In this document: piece by piece, positions 24,968 through 38,600 of the stretch
How the letters are laid out: each line of letters starts with the position of its first letter
Position numbering within the stretch: position 1 is the first letter of the stretch
Assembly (NCBI GenBank): GCA_030704615.1
Contig: CM060732.1
Location: 6,014,001-6,078,000, forward strand
Direction of reading: 5' to 3'
Length of the DNA stretch: 64,000 nucleotides
From: Takakia lepidozioides
Taxonomy: Eukaryota > Plantae > Bryophyta
Position numbers and translations under genes: made by a program
Notes under the pieces: model-generated
The model's input: the letters and a program-made list of their open reading frames with translations, nothing else
Databases searched by the model: none
Told to the model about the DNA's origin: nothing

Positions 24968-26362
24968 CTTGCAACAATGAGATGAGCTCGGGCTGTTGGC
25001 GCGGGATGTTGGAGGCTTGGCTATTGTGCGGTCCTAGGATATTATGAGTTTGACAGCGGATGAGGGCTTTAACTTAATGGTGACGGCAGCCTGGGTTTGG
25101 ACGCCTGGGTTTGCCGTCCGGCTATTGATGATGAGGATATGGTCACTCTGGTACTGGCGGATGAGGATGAACGGGAATGAACTCTAAGATGATGAAGAGA
25201 GATTTTCTTGTCCGGTTTGCATTGTGTCGATTTAGTATTCAGTTGAATCAAAATAAAGAGAATTGGAAGCTGCGTAAGATACAATGTTAATGCAAACCTC
25301 CTTAGACCTCCCAATATCGCTCCCAAGATTGCTAGCGCGTCTTGCTAGAGGAGAGAGACAAATAGATCGTTGGGCTCTCCTCTCACCGGAGGACGCGGAG
25401 CTCGCACGGCGCTCCATCCTATATCCCCCAGCCTTAAAATGCACTTTAGGAAGGTGGAGGAACCAACAGCGGACCCACCAAAATATATTATTCATAGGTG
25501 AGAAGCGTTTTTTGAGGAATGGGAAATAGTGGATGGTTAGCCATGGATGGATGAGGGATGGATGAGATAAGCAGTATTTCATCTGTAAGATGGATGAACG
25601 GTGGAAGAAGTCAAGATGAAGAATGCAGTTTTTCATCCATTACAGGGATGACTAGTGGATGAAAAAAACAGTTTTTCATCCGCTGTTTGAAAATCCATTT
25701 TTGCTCTAGGAGGGGTTGAACCTGGGACCTAGAGGCTAGGGGGCTATGTATGAAGGGCATAAGTGGGTTGTTTGGACCTATTGGGCCGATTCCCTATGGT
25801 TCCCACATAATGAGAGTGGTTTTTGGGCAATCAGAACGGGATAGAGAATTATCTAGAGGCCAAGTCATGGGTCATTGGAAAGCTTAGATGAATTCCTACC
25901 TAATGCCTATTTTTCTAGAATTAGTGAATTTCCAGATTTAGTAATTAATTTTAAAGGGGTTTTTTGCTTATAAAATTACCAAAAAATAGGGATAGAGATA
26001 ATTAAATCTAGGATTTTTATTTCTATTTTCTAAGTTCAAGAGCTTGCCTAGGATAGTATTTTTCCCATCTTCACTATTGAATTTTATTGCTAGGAAATGG
26101 CCAGGAGCCCTAAAACTTAGCAAATGAAGTGAGATATTGTCCAGGTTAAGAGCTTTTACTCTAGGCTAGGGTGTGCTCTCCCCTACGGATAGTGGGAACG
26201 TAGGCGTCCCCTTTGCACGTGCGATCCGGGGAAGCATGATTGTGAAGCAACCCAGACCTAAGCAGCTTGTCGTTAACGCTTGTCAGTCCTCTGAATGTGT
26301 TTGCTGGTAGTTTAGGATAGTGGGAGGAGTTCCCTCCATTGACCGCTGACCCTCTGCCAAGC

Positions 26363-27726
26363 TTAGTGACACATCTCACGGGTGGGCGGTTCTTGAGCCC
26401 AACCCACCTCGTCACCGGACTCCAGGCCCCGGATCGACGTTCGTCTTTTTCCCTTTCGCGGTAAGTGCACGCGGCGAGGCTCGTCAAAGCACCATACCTT
26501 TGCCGGGTTGGGGCCGGATTCTCCTACTGTAGCCACATCTCGATACCCCTCATAGCTGGTGATCTGCTGGCCGATGGAGCTCATGTGATCGCCCATTGTT
26601 TCGATAGTTTTGATGAGGGAGGTGACTTGTGCCTCCAGATGGCCCACCCGTGAATCAGACTGCCCAGTGGACTCTGCATGCGAGTTAGTAGGGACAACAT
26701 TTGTATATTGTGGCACCGTAGGCGCTACTACTGGTGTGGGGCCAATTGTCAGGGCGTATGGCCTTGCCCCTCCTACATAGGATGGCGTGTAATGCAGAGC
26801 GGGTTGAATTACCGCTAATGGTGTCGGCTCCTGTGTGGGCTCGATTGTGATGTATGATGGTAGCGCAAAGTTGGGCATCTTGGCCTATTGTACCTAGCGA
26901 TGCATGTTGTCGAATTCCTTGTCAGCTTGTATGGCGTCTACCAATGTTGTAGGTCTTTGCTACAAAACATGAAAGTGAGTGGCCTTTCGTAATCCACTCA
27001 GAAAAACAATCTTTGAGTACCCCATCATCTAGGGGGGTCAACGGGTTTTGGAGTCGCATCAGCTCTCGAAACCGCATTTTGAAGTCCGCTACCTCTCTGT
27101 GGGGCCTTGGCGGATCCTTGCCAATGTCATCAAGACACTGGTGAACTGGTGGATTGCCCAAAAATGGTCTAAGAATGCGTCGCGAATTTGCTGCCAAGTA
27201 ACGAACATACCTGGCGCCTGTTGCCAATACCAAGTAGATGCCCTACCCCTCATGGTTGTGGGAAACCATATCAACCAATAGGCATCGTTTAGTGCTTGGT
27301 TAGAATAACAACATTGAAAAAAAAATTTCACATAATACTCTGGGTTTTCATGTGCTTCCCCGGAGAACCAAGACATATGCCTGGGCAACATTAACGGGGG
27401 ACCTCAGGAGGTAATGGGATATGTGCCATGGTTGACACTAATGACGGCGAATGACTTCTTGACCTGGCCGGTGGTGTATAAGGGGGACTAGATATCGGGG
27501 AAACCACTCGTGAACACTCGATGTCCGAAGAGCTTTCAGTGTTCTCTCCTTCCCACTCTATCCTACCCAAACTTCTAGTTTCTGAGTCTGATTCTGGAAT
27601 CAATGTTGGGTTCTTCCTTAACAGTTGATCTCTGACGGCTTCTCTAGCCAGTCTTCTTTGCAACCTAATGTCAAAAGATATGCTATCCAGGCTTGGGAAT
27701 GTGGCTCTTGATCCTGAGCTAGACAT
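26363..27726 (-). pseudogene. Retrotransposon gag (Retrotrans_gag-like) without a recognisable pol
   Basis: FSGEAHENPEYY..FPTTMRGRASTWY..TWQQIRDAFLDHF..IRQGPTE is a typical Ty3/Gypsy gag core. No RT or INT nearby. Confidence 0.75.
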
Positions 27727-28684
27727 ACACTTACTGCTATGTTGATGAGGATTCCGCTACCTCAGTCTGGACTAAAGGACCTATATTACCATGAACAATC
27801 ATGTCAAGAATAAACGAGGTCAAATTTAAATACCTTCCATGGAACCTTGGCGATGGAGGCACGTCAGTGTGCAATCTATGGTGCATTAAGGGATACCCAA
27901 TTGGCCAAGGTCCCTCACAATGCGAGCACTCGGATCGGAGTATCAGATGCTGGTTTGCAAAGAACTGGCAAGACTCATAGTGAGTAAAAAAATCAACTTG
28001 CCACCTTAGGTGGGCTACGAATGATGATCTCGGGTGTAATGCTCCTAAGTAAATACCTGGACAGGGACAACCTGGAAATACAAATCTATTTGGGCACCAG
28101 TAGAAATTTTGAGTGGTGCCGTCGAGCAGAGTTCGGGTGTTCCAAACTCGTTCGTCGATCCAACGTTTCTTATGCAGTGCTTTTTTTCACCTAGATACCG
28201 GATATATTTTTCAACCCGTTCTCGGGTAGACCATGGTGTATGGAAGAACCGATCTCAGATGCGTTTCACTTTTCATCAAAGGACATTCCGAATGGATTTC
28301 AACCTTTGCTTATCAATGACCCACTTTTGCATTTGTGTTAGTCATCTCATAAACAATCATCACATATAGTGGTGCTCGTTTGGTACAATGGTGCTCAACC
28401 GCACGTCACTACCATACTCCTCAGCAATCAAAGCAAATGAGGTCCAGACCCCTATAGTCACGGGGGGGTCACTATATGTATTTTTTCCATATCACGTGCG
28501 TACAAAGGTATATTTATACTAGGCTATATTTTTAAAATTTTGCATTTTTTTCCACCATTTCTTTAGGTAATATTGTAAAACCCTTTGTTTCTTAATACCC
28601 TATTTTTCTTTATAATTGTTTTTGCAACAATTAATTAGACCCTATTTTAAATTGTCTTTTTAAATAATTACAAAATTCAAAGCA

Positions 28685-29415
28685 TGTCGCGCACCTCACT
28701 TCGGTAAACTCTCCCCCCTCAAGTCATAGTTACTCGCTTGATGCGCGCGCCTAACTCCCAACCTGGCCGCCGGGCCAACTTGGAGCTCCGGCTGCTCACC
28801 GGGGCATACCGGTCCCCCCTTTGATCTCCCAAAGAACCCTCCAACGATTTGGAACCAGCGGAATTCCCTTTGGTAGTTGGCAGTCCGGAACAGTTCCCCA
28901 CTCTTTGGTCGCTTTCCGGCTCGCTCGCTTACTCACTAGTTTTTGGTCACCAACGGGCTTGCACCGTTCTCGGGGTTACTACTCCCTATATATATACTTC
29001 TGTAGCTGTCCGCGGGGGTTTCACAAACAACCATGCCATTTTATGGCGAACCACCACGAACACCCTCGACTCCCGGTGATGAGTCGCAGTGAGTCTTGGC
29101 CCACCCACCACGGCCCCTATGGACCGTGATGAGTCCCAAGACTCCCCACGACTCCCACCACGAGGTCTCCGCCCCAAGGTGAGTCCTATGCCACCCCCAC
29201 TAAGTCCCGCTAAGCTACCACCACCCCTTGTGGAGCCACCCCCACCGCAACCCGGTGTGCAGGGCTCCACCTAGTGAGCGCCTCCGCCTCCTTGAGTGCC
29301 TTGAGCACTCAAGGGTGCTTCAGCCCCCCATACCTATCGCTGTCACTGCCCCCACCACAGGGGCAGCCCCTCTTGTGTCCCGACCCCCCTGCCCTCAAGG
29401 CAAAGGGCCGCGACA
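28685..29415 (-). repeat. 3' LTR of family B copy 1
   Basis: TGTCGCG..CGCGACA ends; direct repeat of 34876-35605. Confidence 0.95.
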
Positions 29416-30338
29416 CACACCCCTACCAACAGGGAGTCGATGTCCTCATCGGCTTGTCCATTTTGTGGAAACGAACATCCAAGTTGTGGCGTCCCATATC
29501 AAGGAGTTTGTTTCTGTACCATGGCGTCCCATGGCAAAGAACCAAACCCACACTCGACTCTACTCTCCACTAGCTAGTTCGGCCGACTTCCTCCAAGTCC
29601 CGGCCAAGGGTGGAGCCTCTCAAGCTCCTCCCAGTGCACTCTTCTTGGCCTACTTCAAGGCCAAGGAACGATCCTCCCCGAGGATCGAATCGCCTTACTG
29701 CAACAACATTGCTTGCGATCGCTCATGATGCCGCTTTTGGCATCACCTTGAGCAAGGGTTCACCTCGAACCCTCTTTGACTAGGAAGATAACCTTGAACC
29801 AACCGCGCGCCCCATTGACTACAATTGGGTCCGCCTTGGAATGCTGGCCTGAGGTACGGGAACACGCCAAAGCCGCACTACGACTTCGTCCCGAGGCTAC
29901 ACGATTATAGTACGTGAACGGAAGCACGTAGCTTCCGCGTTAGCCCGCACTACAAAGCAACCCCCTCGGTAGCGCAGTTATAGTATGCACACGCGTCAGG
30001 TGCGCACTAGCACGTGAACTCCTAAAGAAGGCACAAGTTTCCTTGCCCCTTGGATGGGAGTCACCCGATTTCGGCACTGCGCAAACACATGATTAACCCA
30101 ATTTACCTCTCCCACTTTTGTAAGCTAGCATGTATTCTACACACTAGTCAACCACACCATGCATCACCATTCCAAACAAAATAGGACGCACAACATTTGG
30201 AACCCATTTCCTTTATAACAAATTTTTGTACAATACAAGTTTTTGCAATCGGATTTCTAAGCTAGCTAAGCCGGGCTAAGCATGCATTTCCTCCCCCACG
30301 CTCCAAGGTTGATGTCCCCATCAACGCTTCTTCCGTTT

Positions 30339-33300
30339 TTAAGGTCGCCCTTCGAAAACTGCAACCGCCTCGGATGCGTTTCCCATTTCTGAGGCACGCA
30401 CCCAAGATGCCTCCACATGATGATAGCCCTTCCATTTGACGAGATACTCCGTTTCTCGGTTCTTGAACCTCCTCGACTTAAGTACTGCCTCCACCTCGTA
30501 CTTAAGTTCATTTTCATGATCCAACAGCACAGGTGACGGACGCAACACTTAATGCCGATTCGGACGCGCTTCATCTTTGAAGTAAGGCTTCAAAAGGGAG
30601 ACGTGGAATATTGGATGCACTTTGCTGTTTGCCGGAAGCTCCAATTCATACACATCCTCATTCATAACCTTCCGGATGCGAAAGGGTCCCGCATACGGAG
30701 GTACGAACTTTGGACTCACTTCCGGAGGTAGTCGGAAATTCTTGATGTTCAACCAGACCTCCGTGCCTGCCTCAAACTTCACTTCCCTCCGCTTCCGATT
30801 CGCCTGCCTTTCATACCGTTTCCTAGCTTTGGCAATGTTGTACTTTGCGAGCTTCAACAAACGCTCGCGTTCTTCCAGTACCGCCGCTACTGCCGGTTCC
30901 TCAACGTCCTGGGCGGCCCAACTTGTCGGCACCAGAGGTGCTTTTCCATAGACCAATACGAAAGGGGAAACTCCCGTTGTGGAGTGTTTTGTGTTATTAT
31001 AATAGAACTCTGCCGCGTCTAAGTGTTCCACCCAGTCTGTTTGGTCTGCCGACACGTAATTCCGCAAGATCTGCTTCACTACGGAATTCACTCTTTCCGT
31101 TTGGCCGTCGGTCGTAGGTCGGAAGGCGATGCTCATCTTCAGCCTCGTCCCCATCTTCTTCCAAAGTGCCCTCCAAAATTTACTCGTAAACTTTGGATCG
31201 CGGTCCGAGACAATATCCTTCGGGACTCCATGATGATTTAAGACGTGGGCGAAGTAAAGTCGCCCTGTTTCCTGCGACGTTGCCGTCTCCTTGGTGGGGA
31301 TGAAATGGCCCATTTTACTAAACCTATCCACCACCACCATGATTGCATCGAATCCTTTTGACAGCGGCATAACAGTCATGAAATCCATCGAGACGCTCTC
31401 CCAAGTCCCATCTGGAATCGGCAAGGGTTGTAACAGCCCCGCTTGCTTTTTGTACTCGCTCCGGTTTTGTTGGCATGTGGTGCATGTCTTGACATACTCC
31501 TCTGCCTCCTCCCTCAGTTTGGGCCAGAAATACTCTTTCTTCAAGAGTGCGCAGTGTGCTTGGCTCCGCCGGGGCCTGCAAGCGGGCTATCATGGCATTC
31601 TCTCAAGAGGCTATCTCTGATCCCTCCCTTCGGCACGTAGAGACGATTTTGCTTATACCGGAGCAGTCCATTTTGCAAGTGGAACTGCGATTTAACCCCC
31701 ATCCTCAAGTCCTGCATCACGAATTTCGCCAGCTCATCCTTCCGGATCTTCCTTTGGAGCGCCGTCTCGCCCCCGTACACCAACAAGAGTTGTTGCTTTC
31801 TACTTAAAGCTCCGCCACCACGTTGTCCCGTCTCGGTTTGTACTGGATATCCACATCGAACACCGCCAAAGTATCTTGCCACCTAAGTTGTTTTGGGGAA
31901 AACTTAGGCTGCGTGGCAAAATACTTCACCGTGACATTGTCCGTGAACACCTTCACTGGGTTGGAACCAACATAGTGGCGCCAAAGCTCAAGACAGTGCA
32001 CCACCGCCTTCATCTCTTTCTCGTGCGCCGGCCACCGTCGCTCCACTTTATTCAGTTTCTTACTTTCGTAAGCCACTGGACGTCCCTCTTGCATCAGTAC
32101 ACCCCCAATCGCGAAGTCCGACGCATCTGTATGAATCTCGAACGGACGATCGAACTCCGGGATTTTCAAGACTGGAGCTTCCGCCATCCGCTGCTTCAAT
32201 TCAGCAAAAGCTTGGGCACAAAAGGTGTTCCATGCCCAGACTTTGGATTTACACAGAAGGTCTGACAGCGGCCCCGCGATCTTGGCGAAATTTCTCACAT
32301 ACTTCCGGTAATAGGAGGCGAGTCCTAGGAAGGATCGCACTCCCGGGACCGAAGTCGGAGGTTCCCAATCCAAGATTGCCCTCACCTTCCTGTCATCCAT
32401 TCTGATCCCATCCTGTGTAATCACATGCCCCAGGAACTCCACTTTTGTGACCCCGAAATTCGCACTTTGAAGCTTTGGCATACGGCTTCCCTTCCCGCAA
32501 TTTTTGGAACACGCTTTTGAGGTGCTCCAGGTGCTCCTCCTTTGTTTTGGATACACCAAGATGTCGTCGATGTACACGATCACGAAGTCATCCAACCACT
32601 CCTGGAAAAGGCTATTCATCAGCGTGCTAAAGGTCCCGGGAGCATTGGTGAGTCCAAAAGGCATCACCAAGAACTCATATGAACCATACCTTGTCCTGCA
32701 TGCGGTCTTCTTCTCATCTTCTTCCGCTACTCGAATTTGATGATAGCCGGAGCGCAGATCAATCCGGCTAAAATACTTCGCTCCTGCCAACCAATCAAAA
32801 AGGTCGTCGATCCTTGGCAAAGGGTACCGGTTTTTGATAGTCACCTTATTCAGAGCCCTGTAATCGACACACATCCGCAGCGTCCCATCCTTCTTGTCTG
32901 TGAATAGCACCGGGGCTCCGTAAGGTGACTTACTCGGCCGGATGTACCCCTTTGAATTAGATCTTTGAGCTGAGTCTTCAGCTCGACCAACTCTGTGTGA
33001 CTCAACCGGTAGGGCTCCTTGGTAGGCGGTTCCGATCCCGGTATCACCTCAATCTTGTGGTCAACTCCTCTTCGCGGTGGCAAGCCGTTTGGTAAATCCT
33101 CCGGCATCACATCCTGGTATTTCTCCAAAATCCCCTTGATCCAATCTGGGCTCGGCTCCCCATCGCCTTCTCCCTTCACTTCTCTAATATAGAGCAAAAA
33201 CTGGGGCTCGTGTGCCTCCTCCACGGCCCACTCCCTTGCTGACAGAAGGTTTATTCTCCCTCCCATGGGTTTGGGCGTTTTCGACACTCGTAAGACCTCG

Positions 33301-34820
33301 CCACCATTCCCACATGGCAGCGTGACTACTCTCTTGCGGCCATCTATGACCGCTCCGGATTTGCTCAAAAAGGTCATCCCCAAAATGAGATCCACTCCAT
33401 TGATCTCGCAGATGGTGAAGTTCTCACGTCCATCCCAACTCCCCAGTTGAAGAGGAACATCAAACGCCAACCTTGTCGCCAATTGCGGTTCTTCTTTGGC
33501 AGAACGCACCTCAATAGAGGCCCCCACGTCACTTGTCGGGAGTCCTAGCTTTTGTGCCATTGCCGGTGTCATGAAGGAGTGCGACGCTCCTGTGTCCACC
33601 AACAATGACACGTTAGTTCCGGATATTATCCCATCCACGAACAATAACTGACTCCCTTTACGTAAGGCGCCAGTTTCCTGATACAACTCACAAAAAAATT
33701 TGCCTACCTTGCAAGTCCTGGCGACCACCGCTTCCACCAAGAATTGACGGGGCTTCGTGCACTTCTTGGCCATGTGCCCGGGCTCCCCGCAATTGAAACA
33801 CACTCCATCAAAGGTCGCCTTCTGTCCGCCATAGGCCGCTCCACCCGCTTTTCCTTTCGAAGCACCGGGTGTCGCCTTGACTTGTGAAGGCCCTCCCTTC
33901 GATTTCCACGTGCCATTGTCGCCGCGTGGCCTATCCCACTTCTTTTCCGGTCGAAAGGAGTCACCTTCCTGCCGGGTCTTCTTGTGGTTCAGCTCCGTAC
34001 GGCCTTGTCTTTCACCCTTAGGGACATCCGAGAAACATTCAGCCCTCTCAATTGCCTCGTTCAAAGTCTTAGGTGGCTTCTCCTCCAACTTCCGCCTGGC
34101 CCATGGGGCCAGTCCCGCCACAAAGTTGAAGACCATTTCTTGTTTTGCCATGTCCGCGACTTTGAGCAACAGCACATTGAAAGCCTGGACATATCCCCGA
34201 ATGTCATCTGTTTGCTTCAAATTCCTCATCTTGTCCCGGGCGAGCCAGGACGCGTTGAGGGGCACAAACTGCCTCTTCATCAATTCTTTGAACCCACTCC
34301 AGTTCAAGGTTTCCGGGCTTGGACCTCGGTCGTGAAGGCGTTTCTGCCACCATTGTTGAGCATAGCCCCTCAAATAGGTGGGAGCCACTTCCACCCGATC
34401 CTCGTCACTCAACTTGGCCGCCCGTAAGTACTGCTCTAGCTCCAAGAGCCAGGTGTTGAGTGCCTTCCGATTTCGGACGCCCTCGAAGGTGCCGGGTTCC
34501 TTAGGCTTCACCTTAAACTTTGCCTTAGTGGAAGTGGCATTAGCCGCCTTCAACACGTCTTTCAACGTCCCGCCAAATTGCGCCAACAACCCTTCCCAAA
34601 AGGCTGCCGGCATGGAAGGCATCTGTTGGTCGGTCGGAGCTCTCAAGGATTCCTCAGGCTCCGTCTCCTCATATTTCTCCCGCTCTTGAGCGGCCTCGTT
34701 TTCGGAAACATGCATCGCTTCCTCAAACGACCGCCTCGGTGACACGTCACCCCCATCGGGCTCACCAAGATCATCATCTTTTGGGCCGTTCCGCTTTGGC
34801 TTTGGCTTGCCCGACCCCAT
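30339..34820 (-). pseudogene. gag-pol-chromodomain of family B copy 1 (few frameshifts)
   Basis: ORFs 32850-34874, 31804-32910, 31541-31882, 30549-31544 and 30339-30548 (YEVEAVLKSR..YLVKWKGY..SWV). Confidence 0.93.
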
Positions 34821-34860
34821 GATGAGGCCAATCCCAAGGACGATCGCGTACTGAACACTA

Positions 34861-34873
34861 AGCTCTGATACCA
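34861..34873 (-). promoter_or_regulatory. Primer binding site complementary to the tRNA-iMet 3' end
   Basis: TGGTATCAGAGCT 2 nt inside the 5' LTR boundary; the same site occurs at 50747-50759. Confidence 0.9.
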
Positions 34874-34875
34874 AG

Positions 34876-35605
34876 TGTCGCGCACCTCACTTCGGTAAAC
34901 TCTCCCCCCTCAAGTCATAGTTACTCGCTTGATGCGCGCGCCTAACTCCCAACCTGGCCACCGGGCCAACTTGGAGCTCCGGCTGCTCACCGGGGCATAC
35001 CGGTCCCCCCTTTGATCTCCCAAAGAACCCTCCAACGATTTGGAACCAGCGGAATTCCCTTTGGTAGTTGGCAGTCCGGAACAGCTCCCCACTCTTTGGT
35101 CGCTTTCCGGCTCGCTCGCTTACTCACTAGTTTTGGTCACCAACGGGCTTGCACCGTTCTCGGGGTTACTACTCCCTATATATATACTTCTGTAGCTGTC
35201 CGCGGGGGTTTCACAAACAACCATGCCATTTTATGGCGAACCACCACGAACACCCTCGACTCCCGGTGATGAGTCGCAGTGAGTCTTGGCCCACCCACCA
35301 CGGCCCCTATGGACCGTGATGAGTCCCAAGACTCCCCACGACTCCCACCACGAGGTCTCCGCCCCAAGGTGAGTCCTATGCCACCCCCACTAAGTCCCGC
35401 TAAGCTATCACCACCCCTTGTGGAGCCACCCCCACCGCAACCCGGTGTGCCGGGCTCCACCTAGTGAGCGCCTCCGCCTCCTTGAGTGCCTTGAGCACTC
35501 AAGGGTGCTTCAGCCCCCCATACCTATCGCTGTCACTGCCCCCACCACAGGGGCAGCCCCTCTTGCGTCCCGACCCCCCTGCCCTCAAGGCAAAGGGCCG
35601 CGACA
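34876..35605 (-). repeat. 5' LTR of family B copy 1
   Basis: Direct repeat of 28685-29415. Confidence 0.95.
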
Positions 35606-38600
35606 AAGCAAACAACATTTCATGCATAAGTCAAATGTCGGACCCAAAGAAAAGTTTAATTTTCATTAGCCACGAACTCATTCAAAGCCGCAGCATCACT
35701 TGGATATAAAGAGTACAAGTTCTGAGATGGTTCAAATGTCATAGTCATTGTTGAGATTATGGTCTCAACATCAATCCACTGTGTATCACTGGAATCATAT
35801 TTGAACTTCAAGTGGCCTTTATCTTTAGAGAACCAATTCAAAAACACCATAATCGAAGGACCCCCAGATTTTGGTAGAGCAGGCTTATTCATCAAATAAG
35901 CCTGATGAATGAATGAAGTTTTCAGAAGATTTCATCCTGATGGATTAGAGTTGGATGAAATATGATAAACTTCACAAGGATGGATACATTATATTGTAGA
36001 TAAAACCCTTTATTACGTTAACTTTTTAAGTAAAACTCTGGATTTTTTGTGACCATTTTTTTAAAAAAAATTGGGTGAAAAGATATTACCCTACCATATT
36101 TGAGAGTAAAACTTTTCTAAAATTTTCCTCAAAAAAATAAACTACACCCTATATTTGTTCTCACGTGGTTTTGAAGGAGTGACCCCCCCAAGCTTATAGT
36201 AGGAGTTCCTGGATCAATCATAAAAGACCTCTAATCCGACCCACTAGGACGGCTACTAGTGGCGGACTTGTCCTCTTCCTCCTCCGAGGAAATGTACTCA
36301 GTGGGTCCACTTGGGGCACTCTTTACTGAGGAGGTGACATGTACCACTCGGGGCGGTATACGAGGCAAATAGGCCAAAGGAATCCTCAGGCCAAAAGGAA
36401 AAGCTACTGGCCGAATTGGATCCGGTGGGATCGTCCTACGAACTACAGCAGTTGATGCAACAAAAGAACTCTCTGCTGGGCGGTCTCTAACTGTGTCTAG
36501 CAACGACAGTGAACCTGATGAAATCAACTCACGAATAAGAGCTGTTGGTGTGGTCCCTCGGTGATAGTACCGGGGTGGTAAGAATGGCCGACAAAACCTC
36601 CTCGGATGTGGGAGACGCTCACTCTCAAATCCGTCCTCTCCTGGGCCGACTCCAATCAACCAATCTACGAAGGCGGGGCGATGACCACAGATAGCCCGCC
36701 CTACACAATCTCTCAATGGGGATGATCGCCTGATGGTCCTAATGCGCGTGTACAACAGGGTATCTGCAATGGTGCGACACAGCGTACACAAGCCAAGTAG
36801 GCCACCTACCACGCAAGATGGACCTCAAGGGCCGAATCAAAGTGAATATAAGCAAGAAAAAGTGGCTGACAACAGCCCAGCCAACGAGTGTTGAACCGAA
36901 AAAACGTAGCAATGGGGGCGTCTGAGCTCCGGGGCCTCGGGGTCCAACCCGGGCGGAGATCCAATACTCATGATACTCCTCTACAATGGTCAATGCAAAT
37001 CACTGTGGCCTCGGGGCCAGGTATGTCACCAGTCCTGGTGCTGGAAATGATGCGATAGAGTCCGATCATGCGGTACTCAAAGGAATGCTCCCGCGCGAGG
37101 GAACTGTGATGGTGCAGCCATACTGCCACTCAAGAGTCTTCATGTGGTTAGCAATGTGCTTAACTCAAATGCGATAAATTTATCTAAATGCATCTAATTG
37201 TTCACTCGGTCTGTTCCTGCCCGAGTAAAAAAATACAAAACACAAAACGTTAGGTAAAATAAAAGAACAAGATCCAAGAGGAGAATGACAGGCGTCCAAT
37301 CTTCCTCCATCCGGAACGCAGGGAGTCCTGACTATTCACTTACCTCCCGGCAAACGCACCATTTATATGACGAGCCCTGGGCGCGCGCGGCCAGAGCGAC
37401 GACATACTAGCCTAGTGGGGTCGTGGTAAGATGCGGTGTAGGTTGGGCTCAATGAACCGCCTACCTGGCTGCGGTTAGTGCAGGGTTCGCAGCAGGTATG
37501 GGGGCCTAAACTATCAATTCTAATATCCTACCGGCAAAGAGAAGCTCAGATGCTCCCCTCTACAGGGCAATTTGCGTGTTCTAGTCCTACGGTTTGTTTA
37601 CGGTTTTTAGATTTTAAAACGTAACTGCCTTCCAAATCTTGTTTATTGCTACTTCCTACTGCTTAAAACCCCGAGACGCTAATAGCCGGGGTATTCCTTT
37701 ACCCCTTCACAAAGCATTTCCCGGATTTAGGGAGGAGGGGAACCGTGTCCCCCTCCCACTGCCCCTCCTTCACCCGAGTGCTTGAGTTCAAGCCACCCCT
37801 TTGGAAGGGCTAAGTTTTTACCCCCTTTCAAGCTCACTTTGGCCTTAGGGAGAAGGGCCCATTATCATGCCCATGCACCAATTTAATAAGTTCAAGAAGT
37901 TCACTCCTTCATCACCTAAGTACTTCAAGTTCTAACAATTCAAAAAGTTCAAGCAGGCGTCCTAATTTGCTTAGGGAATTTTCGCCACCCATAATATGCA
38001 AGAAATAATAGAAAATATCAAATTCAGGAAAAATACCTGCCCAAGGATCATGAGGGACATCCAAAGATGCCAATAGCACCCCCATTAGAACATGGGAACC
38101 CCATGGGAACTCAATGGAGCACCGGGAACTGCCCGGGATCTGCTCCCCCCGGTGGGGAACTGCCGCATCCCCCGTGGATGAATGATATTCGTTCCATCCG
38201 GATCTTCTGTCTGTTCATCCGTGCGCAAAACGCACCTGTCGCCAGCCTGGGATCTCCCCAAGGGTGGGGCCAGCCTATTCCGCCGCCCCCCCCCCCCCCA
38301 CTAATATTAAATAAGCAACCCCCCCTCTGGGGAAATCGTCGTCGTCTACCCCGGGGTTCTGACATGTGTGGCACTGTAGCCGAAGAATGCGGCAGAGTAC
38401 TTCTGTGCGCCCCTTGTCTCTAGCCTGCTGTCTTTAGTACTCTCTGCTTGGAAGTTCGCTTTGTCCCTTTCATGGCTTGTCGTTTAGGCCTCGCTGAGGG
38501 CTCTCTCCTTCACAAAAACCACAATATTTCTATCTCTAGATCTCTCGAATCAACCCTCTAAAGCTTAAAGGGGTCAGCATAAAATCGCAATAGCACAAGG

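Larger units (their letters stand above)
17532..25100 (-). mobile_element. L1/Tx1-like LINE retrotransposon, degraded (ends approximate)
   Basis: ORF1 has a CCHC knuckle (CFNCGKQGHVKANC). ORF2 has APE motifs (SWNIRG..IQEHK..GDFN), RT motifs (KSPGIDDIP..YRPITLLN..LDFEKAFDRV..GCPLSPFLF..FVDD) and a zf-RVT (CKCC..ETHEHCLLHC). A (TTTTA)n run at 17532-17551 is a possible tail. No TSD found. Confidence 0.88.
28685..35605 (-). mobile_element. Ty3/Gypsy chromovirus, tRNA-iMet primed (family B, copy 1), recent
   Basis: Nearly identical LTRs at 28685-29415 and 34876-35605. TSD AAGCA at 28680-28684 and 35606-35610. PBS TGGTATCAGAGCT at 34861-34873 (-). Order gag(CCHC)-PR(LVDTGAS)-RT(YIDD)-RH-INT-GPF-chromodomain. 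Confidence 0.96.

Noticed and set aside
28719-29728. ORFs within family B LTRs, repeated at 34.9-35.7, 39.2-40.3 and 50.9-51.7 kb
   Set aside because: They recur only because the LTRs are repeated; frames are not conserved between copies.
28462-36189. 12-bp inverted pair GGGGGGGTCACT (28462-28473) / AGTGACCCCCCC (36178-36189) as TIRs
   Set aside because: Short, mostly homopolymer, and no TSD.
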